64,000 nt of DNA from Candidatus Latescibacterota bacterium (lineage in GTDB: Bacteria > Latescibacterota > UBA2968 > UBA8231): the NCBI GenBank assembly GCA_965215195.1, contig CBDCDC010000002.1, forward strand, positions 3,200,001 to 3,264,000. The letters run 5' to 3'. Below, one piece after another: positions 18,759-32,013 of this stretch. Below the pieces are notes generated by a model. The model saw only the letters and a list, made by a program, of their open reading frames with translations. It was not told the DNA's origin and made no database searches. Every line of letters begins with the position of its first letter. Position 1 is the stretch's first letter. Made by a program: the position numbers and the translations under genes.

Positions 18759-19369
18759 AAGAACTCGGGCGCGTGCGCAGCCGCGTGCGCCGAGGTGCGT
18801 TCCAGCAGTTGGATATTGCGGCCGAGCGCGTTCTCGCCGACATGCAGGTGGGGGACAGCGTCAATATCGACGGGGTTTGCCAGACCGCGGTGGCCATAGG
18901 AGAGAGCGGCTTTGCGGTCGAGACGGTCGCCGAAACGCTCGCCCGCACGACCTTGGGCACCCTCGGCATCGGGCAAGCGGTCAATCTAGAGCGTCCCCTT
19001 CGCGCCGACCAGCGGCTCGGCGGCCACCTCGTCTTAGGACACGTCGATGGCGTCGCCCGCATTCGCCGGCGCACTGAGCGCGACCGGGAGCATCGCTTTG
19101 AGATCGAGCCGCCGCCCGCGCTCGCCCGCTACATCGCCGCCCAAGGCTCGGTGGCCCTCAACGGCATCAGCCTGACGGTGGCCGAGGTCAGCGGCGATGC
19201 CTTTACGGTTGCGGTCATACCCTATACATTTGACAATACGACGCTTAGCCATCGGCGCACCGGTGATTCCGTCAACCTCGAAGTCGATGTAATCGCCCGT
19301 TATGTCGAGCGTTTGCTCGGCGGGGGACCCCAGCTCGCCTTCGCGGACTTGCGCGACATGGGATACTGA
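18740..19369 (+). CDS. ribE: Riboflavin synthase
   Basis: TTG start giving MFTGLIEE; GVCQT, VNLER, GGH.V.GHVDG, VNLEVD. Confidence 0.95.
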   Translation: MFTGLIEELGRVRSRVRRGAFQQLDIAAERVLADMQVGDSVNIDGVCQTAVAIGESGFAVETVAETLARTTLGTLGIGQAVNLERPLRADQRLGGHLVLGHVDGVARIRRRTERDREHRFEIEPPPALARYIAAQGSVALNGISLTVAEVSGDAFTVAVIPYTFDNTTLSHRRTGDSVNLEVDVIARYVERLLGGGPQLAFADLRDMGY

Positions 19370-19372
19370 GCA

Positions 19373-20623
19373 ATGCTCAATTTCAACACCATTGAAGAAG
19401 TCGTCGAGGACCTACAAAGCGGCCGCATGGTCGTGCTCGTCGACGAGTGCGAAGTCGTGGGCGAGGGTGTGCTGGTAATGCTCGCCGAGCGGGCCACGGC
19501 TGCCTCGGTCAACTTCATGACGCGCTGCGCCAGCAGCCCGCCCGTGGTTGCCGCCGCGAGGAAGCACCTCAAAGCCCTCAAACTGCACATGCAGATTCCC
19601 AAGGCCCACGAGCCTATGGACACCTCAATCATGGTCTCGGTCAATGCCCGCGCCATTGAGGGCACCGGCGTTTCGGCTCAGGACCGCGCCGCGACCATCC
19701 GCAAACTAGCCGACCCCAGCAGCGCGCCCGAAGACTTCGTCCAGCCTGGGCACGTCACGCCGCTCCAAGCCCAACCGGGCGGGGTGTTGCGCCGCGCCGG
19801 CCACACCGAAGCCTCGGTCGATCTGGCGCAGATGGCCGATTGCCAGCCCGTGGCCTTGATCGCCGCCATTCTCGACGAAGCGGGTGCGCTGGCCGACGCA
19901 TCCTACCTGCTCAATTTCGTACGCGAACACGGCTTCAAGGCGACCTCCATCCACGACCTGATTGCCCATCGCCGACGCACCGAGAAACTAATTCACCTAG
20001 AAGCTCAGTCGCCCATGCCAACTCGCTACGGCGAATTCACGGCCTATGCGTACCGCAGCTTGGTGGACGACAACCCGTACCTCGCCCTCGTGTACGGCGA
20101 GGTCTCCGACGGCCGCGACACCTTGGTGCGCATGCACTCGGGTTGCCTGACCGGCGACGCGCTCGGTTCGCTGCTGTGCGACTGCGGCGAGCAGCTAGCG
20201 CAATCCATGCAGCTCATTGCCGCAGAGGGACGGGGCGTTATCGTCTATATTCAGCACCACGAAGGGCGCGGCATCGGCATCTTGCACAAGCTCAAGGCTT
20301 ATGAGTTGCAACAGCAGCAGGGCCTCGACACGATTGAGGCCAACCACGCCCTCGGCCACCCCATGGACTCGCGCGACTACGGCATTGGCGCCCAAGTGCT
20401 CTACGACTTGGGGTTGCGCCGAGTGCGCTTTTTGACCAACAATCCCAAGAAGCGGGTTGGCTTGGATGCCTATGGCCTAACCGTCGTTGAGCAAGTGCCC
20501 ATTGAGGCCGCTCCCAACCCGCACAACATCCGCTATCTAACAACCAAGCGCGACAAGATGGGCCACGCCCTCTTGCTCAAGCGCACAGCCGCCGAGGATG
20601 AAAACCATGCCAAAAGTGCATGA
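19373..20623 (+). CDS. ribBA: Fused DHBP synthase-like / GTP cyclohydrolase II
   Basis: GHTEA..DL in N domain; [32 protein letters not shown]. Confidence 0.92.
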   Translation: MLNFNTIEEVVEDLQSGRMVVLVDECEVVGEGVLVMLAERATAASVNFMTRCASSPPVVAAARKHLKALKLHMQIPKAHEPMDTSIMVSVNARAIEGTGVSAQDRAATIRKLADPSSAPEDFVQPGHVTPLQAQPGGVLRRAGHTEASVDLAQMADCQPVALIAAILDEAGALADASYLLNFVREHGFKATSIHDLIAHRRRTEKLIHLEAQSPMPTRYGEFTAYAYRSLVDDNPYLALVYGEVSDGRDTLVRMHSGCLTGDALGSLLCDCGEQLAQSMQLIAAEGRGVIVYIQHHEGRGIGILHKLKAYELQQQQGLDTIEANHALGHPMDSRDYGIGAQVLYDLGLRRVRFLTNNPKKRVGLDAYGLTVVEQVPIEAAPNPHNIRYLTTKRDKMGHALLLKRTAAEDENHAKSA

Positions 20624-21074
20624 AGGACAGCTCGACGCCCGCGGCCGCAAGTTCGGCATTGCGGTCAGTCGCTTCAACGACTTGGTGACCACCCGGCTCC
20701 TCGACGGCGCGTTGGACTGCATCCAGCGACACGGTGGCGACGGTAGCGACATAGAAATTGCTTGGGTCCCCGGTGCCTTTGAACTGCCCATTGCCGCCCA
20801 AAAGCTGGCGAGCACTGGTCGCTTTGACGTCGTCATTTGCTTGGGGGCCATCGTCCGCAGCGATACCCCTCACTTCGATTATGTGGCTGGCGAGTCGGCC
20901 AAGGGCATCGCCCGCGTCGGCCTCGACAGCGGCATCCCGGTGATCTTTGGCGTCATCACCGCCGACACGGTCGAGCAGGCCGTGCAGCGCGCCGGCGTCA
21001 AGGCCGGCAATCGCGGCTGGGACGCCGCCCTCAACGCGGTTGAAATGGCCAGTTTGATGGCTGAGTTGGGATGA
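20607..21074 (+). CDS. ribH: Lumazine synthase
   Basis: [24 protein letters not shown]. Confidence 0.96.
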   Translation: MPKVHEGQLDARGRKFGIAVSRFNDLVTTRLLDGALDCIQRHGGDGSDIEIAWVPGAFELPIAAQKLASTGRFDVVICLGAIVRSDTPHFDYVAGESAKGIARVGLDSGIPVIFGVITADTVEQAVQRAGVKAGNRGWDAALNAVEMASLMAELG

Positions 21075-21538
21075 GCGGCGAAGGCGATTTTTTTGGCGAT
21101 GGGACCTCGGCCGACGAGGCACCGCCCAACAACCGCCACGGCGCCCGCCAAGTGGCCTTGCAGGCCCTGTACTGGGGGCAGAGCGCGGCGATCGACTCAC
21201 TCGGCGCACTGGATCAGCTCTGTGTGCGCTTTGGCCTCGCGCAAGAGGTGCAATCCTTTGCGGCCGAACTCTTGCATTGCGCAGGCGAGCACGCGGCCGA
21301 GCTGGATGCGCTGGCAGCGGCCCGGGTCCAGCACTGGCGCTGGGAGCGCATCGCCCGCATCGATCGCTTGATCCTGCGCTTGGCTTTAGCCGAAATGCTC
21401 TTTATGGAGGAAATTCCAGTCCGGGTCTCTATCTTTGAAGCGGTCGAACTGGCCAAGTCCTACAGCACCGACAAATCCTATGCCTTCGTCAATGGCGTCC
21501 TCGACGGCATCGTGCGCCAGAAGGGGCTCAGCGTCTAA
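21071..21538 (+). CDS. nusB: Transcription antitermination factor NusB
   Basis: AR..ALQALY, IDR.ILRLA..E, EAVELAK, FVNGVLD; follows ribH. Confidence 0.95.
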   Translation: MSGEGDFFGDGTSADEAPPNNRHGARQVALQALYWGQSAAIDSLGALDQLCVRFGLAQEVQSFAAELLHCAGEHAAELDALAAARVQHWRWERIARIDRLILRLALAEMLFMEEIPVRVSIFEAVELAKSYSTDKSYAFVNGVLDGIVRQKGLSV

Positions 21539-21641
21539 GCTGAACATGCGTAGAGGTCCTGGTGCCAGTCCGTACGCATGCTTACCAACCATATCGCATA
21601 TCGCAGCCGATCTACCATGGTACTAGTTAAGAGGATTTAGT

Positions 21642-24902
<3,261 letters not shown>

Positions 24903-24920
24903 GAGCGTCAGGGGAGTGCC

Positions 24921-26387
24921 ATGACCTTCTGGGAAGTACTATGTCTGGTGGTGTACAGCATCATTATCGCCGTTTTAGGCGTTTATGGCTTCCATCGCTA
25001 CCAGCTACTGCACCTGTTTTATCGGCATCACCCAACCCCGGTTCCCGAACCCGACCGCTTTTCCAAGCTGCCCTCCGTCACGATCCAGCTACCGCTCTAC
25101 AACGAATATCACGTGGTTGAGCGCCTGCTAGAAGCCGTGGGTCAGATCGACTATCCCCGCGACCGCCTGCAAATCCAAATCCTCGACGATTCGCAGGACG
25201 AAACCCGCGACAAGGCGCGGGAAGGGGCTGCGCGGCTAGCGGCCCAAGCGCTAGATGTCGAGTACATGAGCCGAACCCAGCGCCACGGCTTTAAGGCCGG
25301 TGCTCTGGCCGCCGGGCTAGCGTGCGCCCGGGGCGAATTCGTGTTGGTCCTCGACGCGGATTTCGTGCCCCCTCCCGACATCCTCCAGCGGGCTATTCAC
25401 TACTTCACCGACGATTCCATCGGCATGGTGCAGATGCGTTGGGGGCACCTCAACCGCTCCTACTCGCTCCTGACGCGCATCCAGTCGATCTTTCTCGACG
25501 GCCACTTCGTGGTTGAGCACACGGCCCGCAATCGCTCGGGCCGCTTCTTCAACTTCAATGGCACCGCTGGAATCTGGCGCAAAAAGGCCATCTACGACGC
25601 CGGCGGCTGGCAGCACGATACGCTCACCGAAGACCTCGACTTGAGCTACCGCGCTCAGCTAGCGGGCTGGCAGTTTCTCTATCTGCCCGAAGTTGAAGTG
25701 CCCGGCGAGATCCCCGTCGAGATCAATGCCTTCAAGTCGCAACAGCACCGCTGGACCAAGGGCGCGGTCCAGACAGCGAAGAAAGTGCTGCCGCGTATCT
25801 GGCGCTCGGCGCTCCCAGCCAAGGTCAAGGTTGAGGCCACCTTCCATCTGACGGCCAACCTCTGCTACATTATGATGCTCTTGATGGCCCTGTTGACCCT
25901 GCCGGTGCTCTCCATTCGCGTACAACTCGGCTGGGAGCGGTTCTTTATCATTGACCTGCCGCTGTTTTCTTTTGCCACCATGGCCATTTCCGGCTTCTAC
26001 ATTACCTCCCAGCGAGTACTCTATGCGGATTGGCGGCGGCAGATCAAGTATTTGCCCGTGCTGATGGCCATTGGCATGAGCCTCTGCATCAACAACACCC
26101 GAGCGGTGCTCGAAGGTCTCGTCGGGTACCAAACCGACTTCCACCGGACCCCCAAATACGGGCCTACTGGACCCCGAGGCCAAAGCCAGCGGCACAAGTA
26201 CCTAAGCCGCTGGCCTTTGCTGTCTTTGGGCGAACTGGGCATGGCGCTCTACTTCGTCGTCGCTCTCTACCACGCCTATGCCACCGGCCTCTACTTGGGG
26301 ATGCCCTTCCTGCTGCTCTTCCACGCCGGCTTCCTCTACACTGGCTTGCTCTCCAGCGGCCAGCGCTGGTTGCACCGGGTGCCCTAA
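24921..26387 (+). CDS. Membrane glycosyltransferase family 2 (cellulose synthase-like)
   Basis: QLPLYNE, DDS, KAGAL, DADF, TEDLD, QQHRW. Confidence 0.93.
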   Translation: MTFWEVLCLVVYSIIIAVLGVYGFHRYQLLHLFYRHHPTPVPEPDRFSKLPSVTIQLPLYNEYHVVERLLEAVGQIDYPRDRLQIQILDDSQDETRDKAREGAARLAAQALDVEYMSRTQRHGFKAGALAAGLACARGEFVLVLDADFVPPPDILQRAIHYFTDDSIGMVQMRWGHLNRSYSLLTRIQSIFLDGHFVVEHTARNRSGRFFNFNGTAGIWRKKAIYDAGGWQHDTLTEDLDLSYRAQLAGWQFLYLPEVEVPGEIPVEINAFKSQQHRWTKGAVQTAKKVLPRIWRSALPAKVKVEATFHLTANLCYIMMLLMALLTLPVLSIRVQLGWERFFIIDLPLFSFATMAISGFYITSQRVLYADWRRQIKYLPVLMAIGMSLCINNTRAVLEGLVGYQTDFHRTPKYGPTGPRGQSQRHKYLSRWPLLSLGELGMALYFVVALYHAYATGLYLGMPFLLLFHAGFLYTGLLSSGQRWLHRVP

Positions 26388-26394
26388 AGCACAA

Positions 26395-26424
26395 AAGCCC
26401 CCGACCGCATGGGGCCGGGGGCTT
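26395..26424. terminator. Hairpin between convergent genes
   Basis: AAGCCCCCG...CGGGGGCTT with preceding A-run (U-tract on minus strand). Confidence 0.7.
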
Positions 26425-26447
26425 GGCTCGCCTGAATACCGCTTGGA

Positions 26448-26921
26448 TTACTGGGGCCACTCCAGCGGAAAATCCGGCAATTTATGGCGGGTCCACAAGA
26501 CGCTCATGCCATTGTGGTGCCGCTTGGTGAATTTCTCAATGTGACGCACGCCGATGTCCACGTTGCTCTTCTCGCGCCGCATTTCGCGCCCCTTGTCTCC
26601 GGACAACTCAATGGCCTGCGCAACCTTGTCGACATAGAGGTTGTGGGTCACGCGCAGTTCGCGGTATGTGATATCTCGGGGAAAGGTCTGCAGTTTCGCC
26701 ACGTACTCGTTGATGAGCCGACGCGCCTTGGCCAGATCCGCTTCGGAGATCTCGCTGAGCGGCTTTCTCAGATGCTCAATAATCTCGACAATCTGTCGGT
26801 TTTTGTCGTCCAGCTCCTTCAACTTCGCCACATACTCGATGAGTATTTGCTTGTCTTCCTCCTCGGTCCCACACCCGACCAAGCCAAGCGCCAACACCAA
26901 CACAACCAGTTTCCTCGACAT
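26448..26921 (-). CDS. Hypothetical helical lipoprotein
   Basis: Lipobox LVGC, GGAGG RBS. Confidence 0.8.
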   Translation of the reverse strand: MSRKLVVLVLALGLVGCGTEEEDKQILIEYVAKLKELDDKNRQIVEIIEHLRKPLSEISEADLAKARRLINEYVAKLQTFPRDITYRELRVTHNLYVDKVAQAIELSGDKGREMRREKSNVDIGVRHIEKFTKRHHNGMSVLWTRHKLPDFPLEWPQ

Positions 26922-27016
26922 ATAGACCTCCCTGTAGGGGTGAGATTGCCTGTTTCGTCGGCTTCAAAATACGCCGCAGAGAGGCGAAAATCAAGCACTC
27001 TCTGCGCTGGACCCTA

Positions 27017-27045
27017 TTGACGAGGTTTATGCGCCCTCATAATAT
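27017..27045 (+). promoter_or_regulatory. Sigma-70-like promoter for purC
   Basis: TTGACG-17 nt-TAATAT. Confidence 0.55.
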
Positions 27046-27090
27046 CAATTTTTGCATCCCACACTCTTGCTCATAGAGGACATCCATCCC

Positions 27091-28059
27091 ATGATAACTC
27101 GCGAACAGATTCAATCCCAACTCGACAATTGCCTGCTGGAGGCCAAATTCCCCCAGTGGGAGTCGCGCTATAAGCGCGGCAAGGTGCGCGATATGTATTT
27201 GCTCAAAAACCATCGCGTGCTGATCACTACGGACCGCCAAAGCGCGTTCGACCACGTGCTCGGCACCATTCCCCTCAAGGGCCAAGTGCTCAACCGCATT
27301 GCCCAGTACTGGTTTGAGCAGACCCAAGACATCGCCCCCAATCAAGTCATTTCAGTGCCCGACGCCAACGTCACCGTCGCCCGCGAGCTGGACATCCTGC
27401 CCGTCGAGGTGGTGGTGCGCAAGTACCTGACGGGCAGTTCGGACACTGCCATCTGGACCCATTACAACAGCGGTGTGCGCCACTATTGCGGCCACACCTT
27501 GCCCGACGGCATGGTCAAAAACCAGCCCTTCGACGCGGCGATCATCACGCCGACGACCAAGGACGAAGTCCACGACGAGCTGATTTCGCGCGACGAGATC
27601 ATCGCCCAAGGCCTAGTGCCAGAAGCCACTTGGACCCAAGTCGAGGAGATCGCCTTCGCGCTCTTTGCTCGCGGCGAGGCACTAGCGGCCAAGCAAGGGT
27701 TAATCCTCGTCGATACCAAATACGAGATGGGGCTAGACGCCGACGGGCGCATCACGCTCGCCGACGAGATCCACACGCCCGACTCGTCGCGCTTCTGGAT
27801 CAGAGACACCTACGCGGAACGCCACGCCCGCGGCGCAGAGCCCGAAAGCCTCGACAAGGAATTTTTGCGCCTTTGGCTCCGCGACAAGGGCATTTCCGAC
27901 GACAATATCCCGGCGCTCAACGACGAGATTCGCATCCAAGTTGCCGAGCGCTATATCGACCTTTTCCAACGAGTTACAGGCACTGACTTCGCAGCCGAAC
28001 TCGGCGCAACGCCGGTCTTGCAGCGCATTGAGGAGCGGATTTCCGAGTACCTCAACTGA
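27091..28059 (+). CDS. purC: SAICAR synthetase
   Basis: GKVRDMY, TDRQSAFD, LVDTKYE.G, DEIHTPDSSRFW, LDKEF.R. Confidence 0.97.
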   Translation: MITREQIQSQLDNCLLEAKFPQWESRYKRGKVRDMYLLKNHRVLITTDRQSAFDHVLGTIPLKGQVLNRIAQYWFEQTQDIAPNQVISVPDANVTVARELDILPVEVVVRKYLTGSSDTAIWTHYNSGVRHYCGHTLPDGMVKNQPFDAAIITPTTKDEVHDELISRDEIIAQGLVPEATWTQVEEIAFALFARGEALAAKQGLILVDTKYEMGLDADGRITLADEIHTPDSSRFWIRDTYAERHARGAEPESLDKEFLRLWLRDKGISDDNIPALNDEIRIQVAERYIDLFQRVTGTDFAAELGATPVLQRIEERISEYLN

Positions 28060-28121
28060 GGTGCGGCGTTTGCGCTGGTGGTCTTCTGCTCGTCCGGGAA
28101 TGAAGCAGCGATTAGAAAATC

Positions 28122-28307
28122 ATGGTCAAAAACTTGCTCCGCGCCTTTTTGGTCTTCCGCTTGGAGTTCCACCAGCCCACCCTCAATTTTGAGGCCATGT
28201 TGAGCTATTGGCGGCGTGCTCCCATCGTCCAGTACGTGGTTGAAAACGACGGCGAGCAGCGCAGCAGTGCGATTAAGCGCCGGCTCGACGAGGTCTATCC
28301 CTTCTAA
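28122..28307 (+). CDS. Small hypothetical protein or gene fragment
   Basis: 61 aa ORF coupled (TAATG) to the next ORF. Confidence 0.35.
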   Translation: MVKNLLRAFLVFRLEFHQPTLNFEAMLSYWRRAPIVQYVVENDGEQRSSAIKRRLDEVYPF

Positions 28308-28585
28308 TGCTGCATCGCCAGCTCAGAAATGCCTTAGAGGAAATTTTCGGCGCATCCTTTGTCGCTGAGGCACTCGCCAACGCACCCATTGCCCACGTTG
28401 TCCTCTACGAGCGGCGCGAGGATTTCAAAAGGGCCGTCCTCGGCTTTCAGCGGATCAATTTTCGCGACGAACACACCGCGTATGCCGCAGCCATGGAGCG
28501 CGAGTTGGGCATCGCCCTGATCTGCGCCCTCCTCGACAACGACACGCGCGAGCTGGTTTCCGAACTCGGTCTTAACTACCTATGA
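28307..28585 (+). CDS. Hypothetical protein
   Basis: 92 aa, host-like codon usage, ATGA overlap with rhaB. Confidence 0.65.
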   Translation: MLHRQLRNALEEIFGASFVAEALANAPIAHVVLYERREDFKRAVLGFQRINFRDEHTAYAAAMERELGIALICALLDNDTRELVSELGLNYL

Positions 28586-30051
28586 GCAAGCTGCTCGCCT
28601 TTGACCTAGGGGCCGAGAGTGGCCGCGCCATCGTCGGGCACTTCGACGGCGAGCGCCTAGCGCTAGAAGAGCTGCACCGCTTTGCAAACGGCCCGGTTCA
28701 AGTTTTCGACCGTCTCTATTGGGACCCTTTGCGTCTCTTCGCCGAAATGAAACAGGGCCTCGGCCTCTTTGCTCGCGCACACGGCAAGGCACTCAATGCC
28801 ATTGGCGTCGATACCTGGGGAGTCGATTTCGCCCTCTTAGGGCCTATGGACGCGCTCTTGGACAATCCGCGCAACTATCGCGACCCGCGCACCGACGGCA
28901 TGTTAGAGGAAGCCTTTGCACGGGTGCCGCGCGAGGAAATTTTCGCACGCACCGGGGTGCAGTTTTTGAAGCTCAACACCTTGTATCAACTGCTTGCGCT
29001 GCGCGACTCGCCCTTGCTGGAATGGGCGCAGACTTTTCTGATGATGGCCGACCTTTTCAATTTTTATTTGACGGGCACCAAGACCTGCGAATTTTCCAAC
29101 GCCACTACCACCCAGTTCTACGACCCGCGCCAAGGCACTTGGTCGGTCGAGCTCCTAGAAGGACTGGGGCTGCCGACCCATTTTCTGCCCCAGATCGTCC
29201 AGCCCGGCACCTGCATAGGATCGCTCCTGCCTTCTATTGCTGCTGAAGTAGGGCTTGACTCGGTCCCGGTCATCGCTCCAGCTACCCACGATACGGGCGC
29301 GGCCGTGGCCGCGGTGCCCGCCGAAGTCCGCGACTACGCCTATATCAGCTCGGGAACTTGGTCGCTGATGGGCGTCGAGCTCGACCAACCGCTCATCAGC
29401 GATCAGGCATTCCAGTACAATTTCACCAACGAAGGCGGCGTCGGCCCCACTTACCGCTTCCTAAAGAATATCATGGGGCTGTGGCTGCTACAGGAGTGCC
29501 GGCGCGCTTGGCAGCGCGAGGGACGCGCCTTTTCCTACGGCGAGCTGACGGCCATGGCCCAAAGCACTGCTCCCTTTACCGCTTTCGTCGAGCCGGACGC
29601 CGAGTGCTTTCTCGCGCCGGGCGATATGCCCGCCAGAATCCGCGCCTACTGCCAAGAGACGGGCCAAGCCATTCCCGCCGACGAAGGGCAAGTCGTGCGC
29701 GTGGCCCTCGAAAGCCTAGCGTTTAAGTACCGCTACGTGCTCAACGCGCTAGAAACCATTCTCGGTCGCCGCCTCGAATGCATCCACATAGTCGGCGGCG
29801 GGATCCAAAACCGCCTGCTCTGCCAGTTTACCGCCTCGGCCACCGGTCGTCCGGTCGTGGCTGGGCCGCTCGAAGCTACGGCCATCGGCAATTTAATGCT
29901 CCAGCTCATCGGCCTGGGCCAGATGTCCTCGCTGGCCGAAATCCGCCAAGTTGTGCGCCACTCCTTTGCGCCCGTTGTGTACGAGCCGGAACAAGCCGCC
30001 GCTTGGGACGCGGCCTACGACCGCTTCCTCCCGCTGCTCTCCCCGGCCTAA
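28582..30051 (+). CDS. rhaB: Rhamnulokinase (FGGY sugar kinase)
   Basis: DLGAESGR, DTWGVDF, YRDPRT, HDT, SSGTWSL.G, FTNEGG, KNIMGLW. Confidence 0.9.
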   Translation: MSKLLAFDLGAESGRAIVGHFDGERLALEELHRFANGPVQVFDRLYWDPLRLFAEMKQGLGLFARAHGKALNAIGVDTWGVDFALLGPMDALLDNPRNYRDPRTDGMLEEAFARVPREEIFARTGVQFLKLNTLYQLLALRDSPLLEWAQTFLMMADLFNFYLTGTKTCEFSNATTTQFYDPRQGTWSVELLEGLGLPTHFLPQIVQPGTCIGSLLPSIAAEVGLDSVPVIAPATHDTGAAVAAVPAEVRDYAYISSGTWSLMGVELDQPLISDQAFQYNFTNEGGVGPTYRFLKNIMGLWLLQECRRAWQREGRAFSYGELTAMAQSTAPFTAFVEPDAECFLAPGDMPARIRAYCQETGQAIPADEGQVVRVALESLAFKYRYVLNALETILGRRLECIHIVGGGIQNRLLCQFTASATGRPVVAGPLEATAIGNLMLQLIGLGQMSSLAEIRQVVRHSFAPVVYEPEQAAAWDAAYDRFLPLLSPA

Positions 30052-30128
30052 TCCCGGGCTGGAACCGCGCTCTTCCTCCGCCGTTCTACATTAAACGCAC
30101 CGTTCAGGCGTTGGTGCTCCTTGTGGGT

Positions 30129-30156
30129 CTAGGGAATAACGATCGTTATTCCCTAG
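30129..30156. promoter_or_regulatory. Perfect 28-bp palindrome upstream of the sigma factor gene
   Basis: CTAGGGAATAACGATCGTTATTCCCTAG. Confidence 0.6.
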
Positions 30157-30178
30157 TTTTCGATTGTTTTGGCTAGCT

Positions 30179-31027
30179 ATGGGAAAAAGCAGCCCCGATT
30201 CGCTAGGTATGGCCGAGTCCTACTGGCGCGACATTCAGCACTTTCAGCCGCTGAGCCGCCAACGAGAGATCGAGCTGGTGACCAGAGCGCGCGCCGGCGA
30301 CGAGCGCGCCATGCACCAGATGGTCGAAGCCAACTTGCGCTTTGTCGTCCGCATCGCGCGGGGATATCACGGGCGCGGGCTTTCCTTTATGGAGCTGATT
30401 TCCGAGGGCAACCTCGGGCTACTCGAAGCCGTCCAGCGCTTCGACGAGACGCGCGGCTTTAAGTTCATCACCTATGCCGTGTGGTGGATTCGCCAAGCCA
30501 TCCTCCGCGCCTTAGCCGAACACAGCAAAATTGCCCGCCCGCCCCTGAGCCGGGTCAATGATCTGCAAAAGGTCGAGCGGTGGACGGGTATCCTCGCCCA
30601 AAAACTGGGGCGCGATCCCACCCCCGAGGAAATCGCCACCAGCGCCGAATTGTCGCTGGAGAGGACGCACAATGCCCTTTACATGGCCCAGCCCGATGTC
30701 TCTATGGACGTGCCGACTGTGCCCGATGAAAGGGAGCCGCTGATGGCCACCTTTGCGGCTTGCACCCCCGATCCGGCCGATTGCTATGAGTGCGCCGAGA
30801 TCGCCCACACCCTGCGCACTTGCCTCAACCTGCTCGACCAGCGCGAGCGCTTAGTCGTCCGCTCCTATTTCGGCCTCGACGATCAACAGCCCCAGACTCT
30901 GGAGCAAATCGGCGTGCAATTGGGCCTCACGCGCGAGCGAGTGCGCCAGCTCAGGGACGAAGCCCTCGATAAAATGCGAATTCACGCTGGCGATCTACTG
31001 CTCGAACTTTTCAACAATCCGCTGTAG
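30179..31027 (+). CDS. RNA polymerase sigma-70 factor, RpoD/SigA family without region 1.1
   Basis: NLRFVV, ELISEGNLGL, GFKFITYAVWWIRQAI, TLEQIG..LTRERVRQ. Confidence 0.95.
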   Translation: MGKSSPDSLGMAESYWRDIQHFQPLSRQREIELVTRARAGDERAMHQMVEANLRFVVRIARGYHGRGLSFMELISEGNLGLLEAVQRFDETRGFKFITYAVWWIRQAILRALAEHSKIARPPLSRVNDLQKVERWTGILAQKLGRDPTPEEIATSAELSLERTHNALYMAQPDVSMDVPTVPDEREPLMATFAACTPDPADCYECAEIAHTLRTCLNLLDQRERLVVRSYFGLDDQQPQTLEQIGVQLGLTRERVRQLRDEALDKMRIHAGDLLLELFNNPL

Positions 31028-31147
31028 TGCTTGCTGCACGAGGCGAAGCGCGATGGGACAAAGGGCTTGATTGGGCGCGGCAAAAGGCTTTCTTTCATAT
31101 TATTTACAGGACTTTGCGACAGTTCTCACCGGATAAAGAGACCCTTT

Positions 31148-31975
31148 ATGCCTTACAACTTAGCCGATCTCCACACGCATTCCCTGTGCTCTGACGGGCT
31201 GCGGACGCCGACCCAAGCGGTCGAAGAGGCCTGCGAAGCGGGCTTGCAAGCGATGAGTTTGACCGATCACGACACGGTCAAGGGCGTCCCCGAGGCCACG
31301 GAGGCCGGCGAGCGCATGCGTATGGAAGTGGTGCCTGGCACCGAGTTGAGTGCCCACATCCGGGAGCGCGAAGTACACATCCTCGCCTACTGCATCGACT
31401 ACCAAGACGACCAACTCGGCACGACCCTCGCACAGTCTTTTCAAGCCCGCTACCAGCGGGGGGTTGCGATCATCAAAGCGCTCAACAGCATGGGGCTGAC
31501 CGTCAGCCTCGACGACGTGCTATCCCAAGCCAACGGCAGCCCCCTCGGGCGGCCGCACATTGCTGCGGCCATGGTGCAAAACGGCCTAGTGGCCAATAGG
31601 GACGAAGCCTTCAGCCGCTACATCGGCGACCACGGGCCCGCCTTTAAGCCCAAGCCCTACACTGCGGCCAAAGACCTCATCGCCCTCATCCATCGCACCG
31701 GGGGCGTGGCCGTGCTCGCCCACCCCAGCATCAGTCTCCCCGAATCCATTATCGAGCAGTTAGTCGCCTACGGGCTCGACGGCATTGAGGTCTTCCACCC
31801 GGCCCACCAGCCAGCGCAAATGGACTTTTACGACCAGCTCGCCGACCGCTATGGCCTGATCAAGTCGGGGGGATCCGACAGCCACGGCGACAGCCACGGC
31901 ACCCGCATCGGCGACTACGGAGTCGGCTACGAAGTAATTGAGGCCATGCGCGAGCGGGCCGCTACCTATGCTTGA
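31148..31975 (+). CDS. PHP domain phosphoesterase (TrpH/YciV-like)
   Basis: DLHTHS..SDG, TDHD, GRPH, LAHP, GGSDSHG. Confidence 0.93.
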   Translation: MPYNLADLHTHSLCSDGLRTPTQAVEEACEAGLQAMSLTDHDTVKGVPEATEAGERMRMEVVPGTELSAHIREREVHILAYCIDYQDDQLGTTLAQSFQARYQRGVAIIKALNSMGLTVSLDDVLSQANGSPLGRPHIAAAMVQNGLVANRDEAFSRYIGDHGPAFKPKPYTAAKDLIALIHRTGGVAVLAHPSISLPESIIEQLVAYGLDGIEVFHPAHQPAQMDFYDQLADRYGLIKSGGSDSHGDSHGTRIGDYGVGYEVIEAMRERAATYA

Positions 31976-32013
31976 GTGGTCCAATTACTGGCCGCAGTAA
32001 AAATGCTCGCTCA

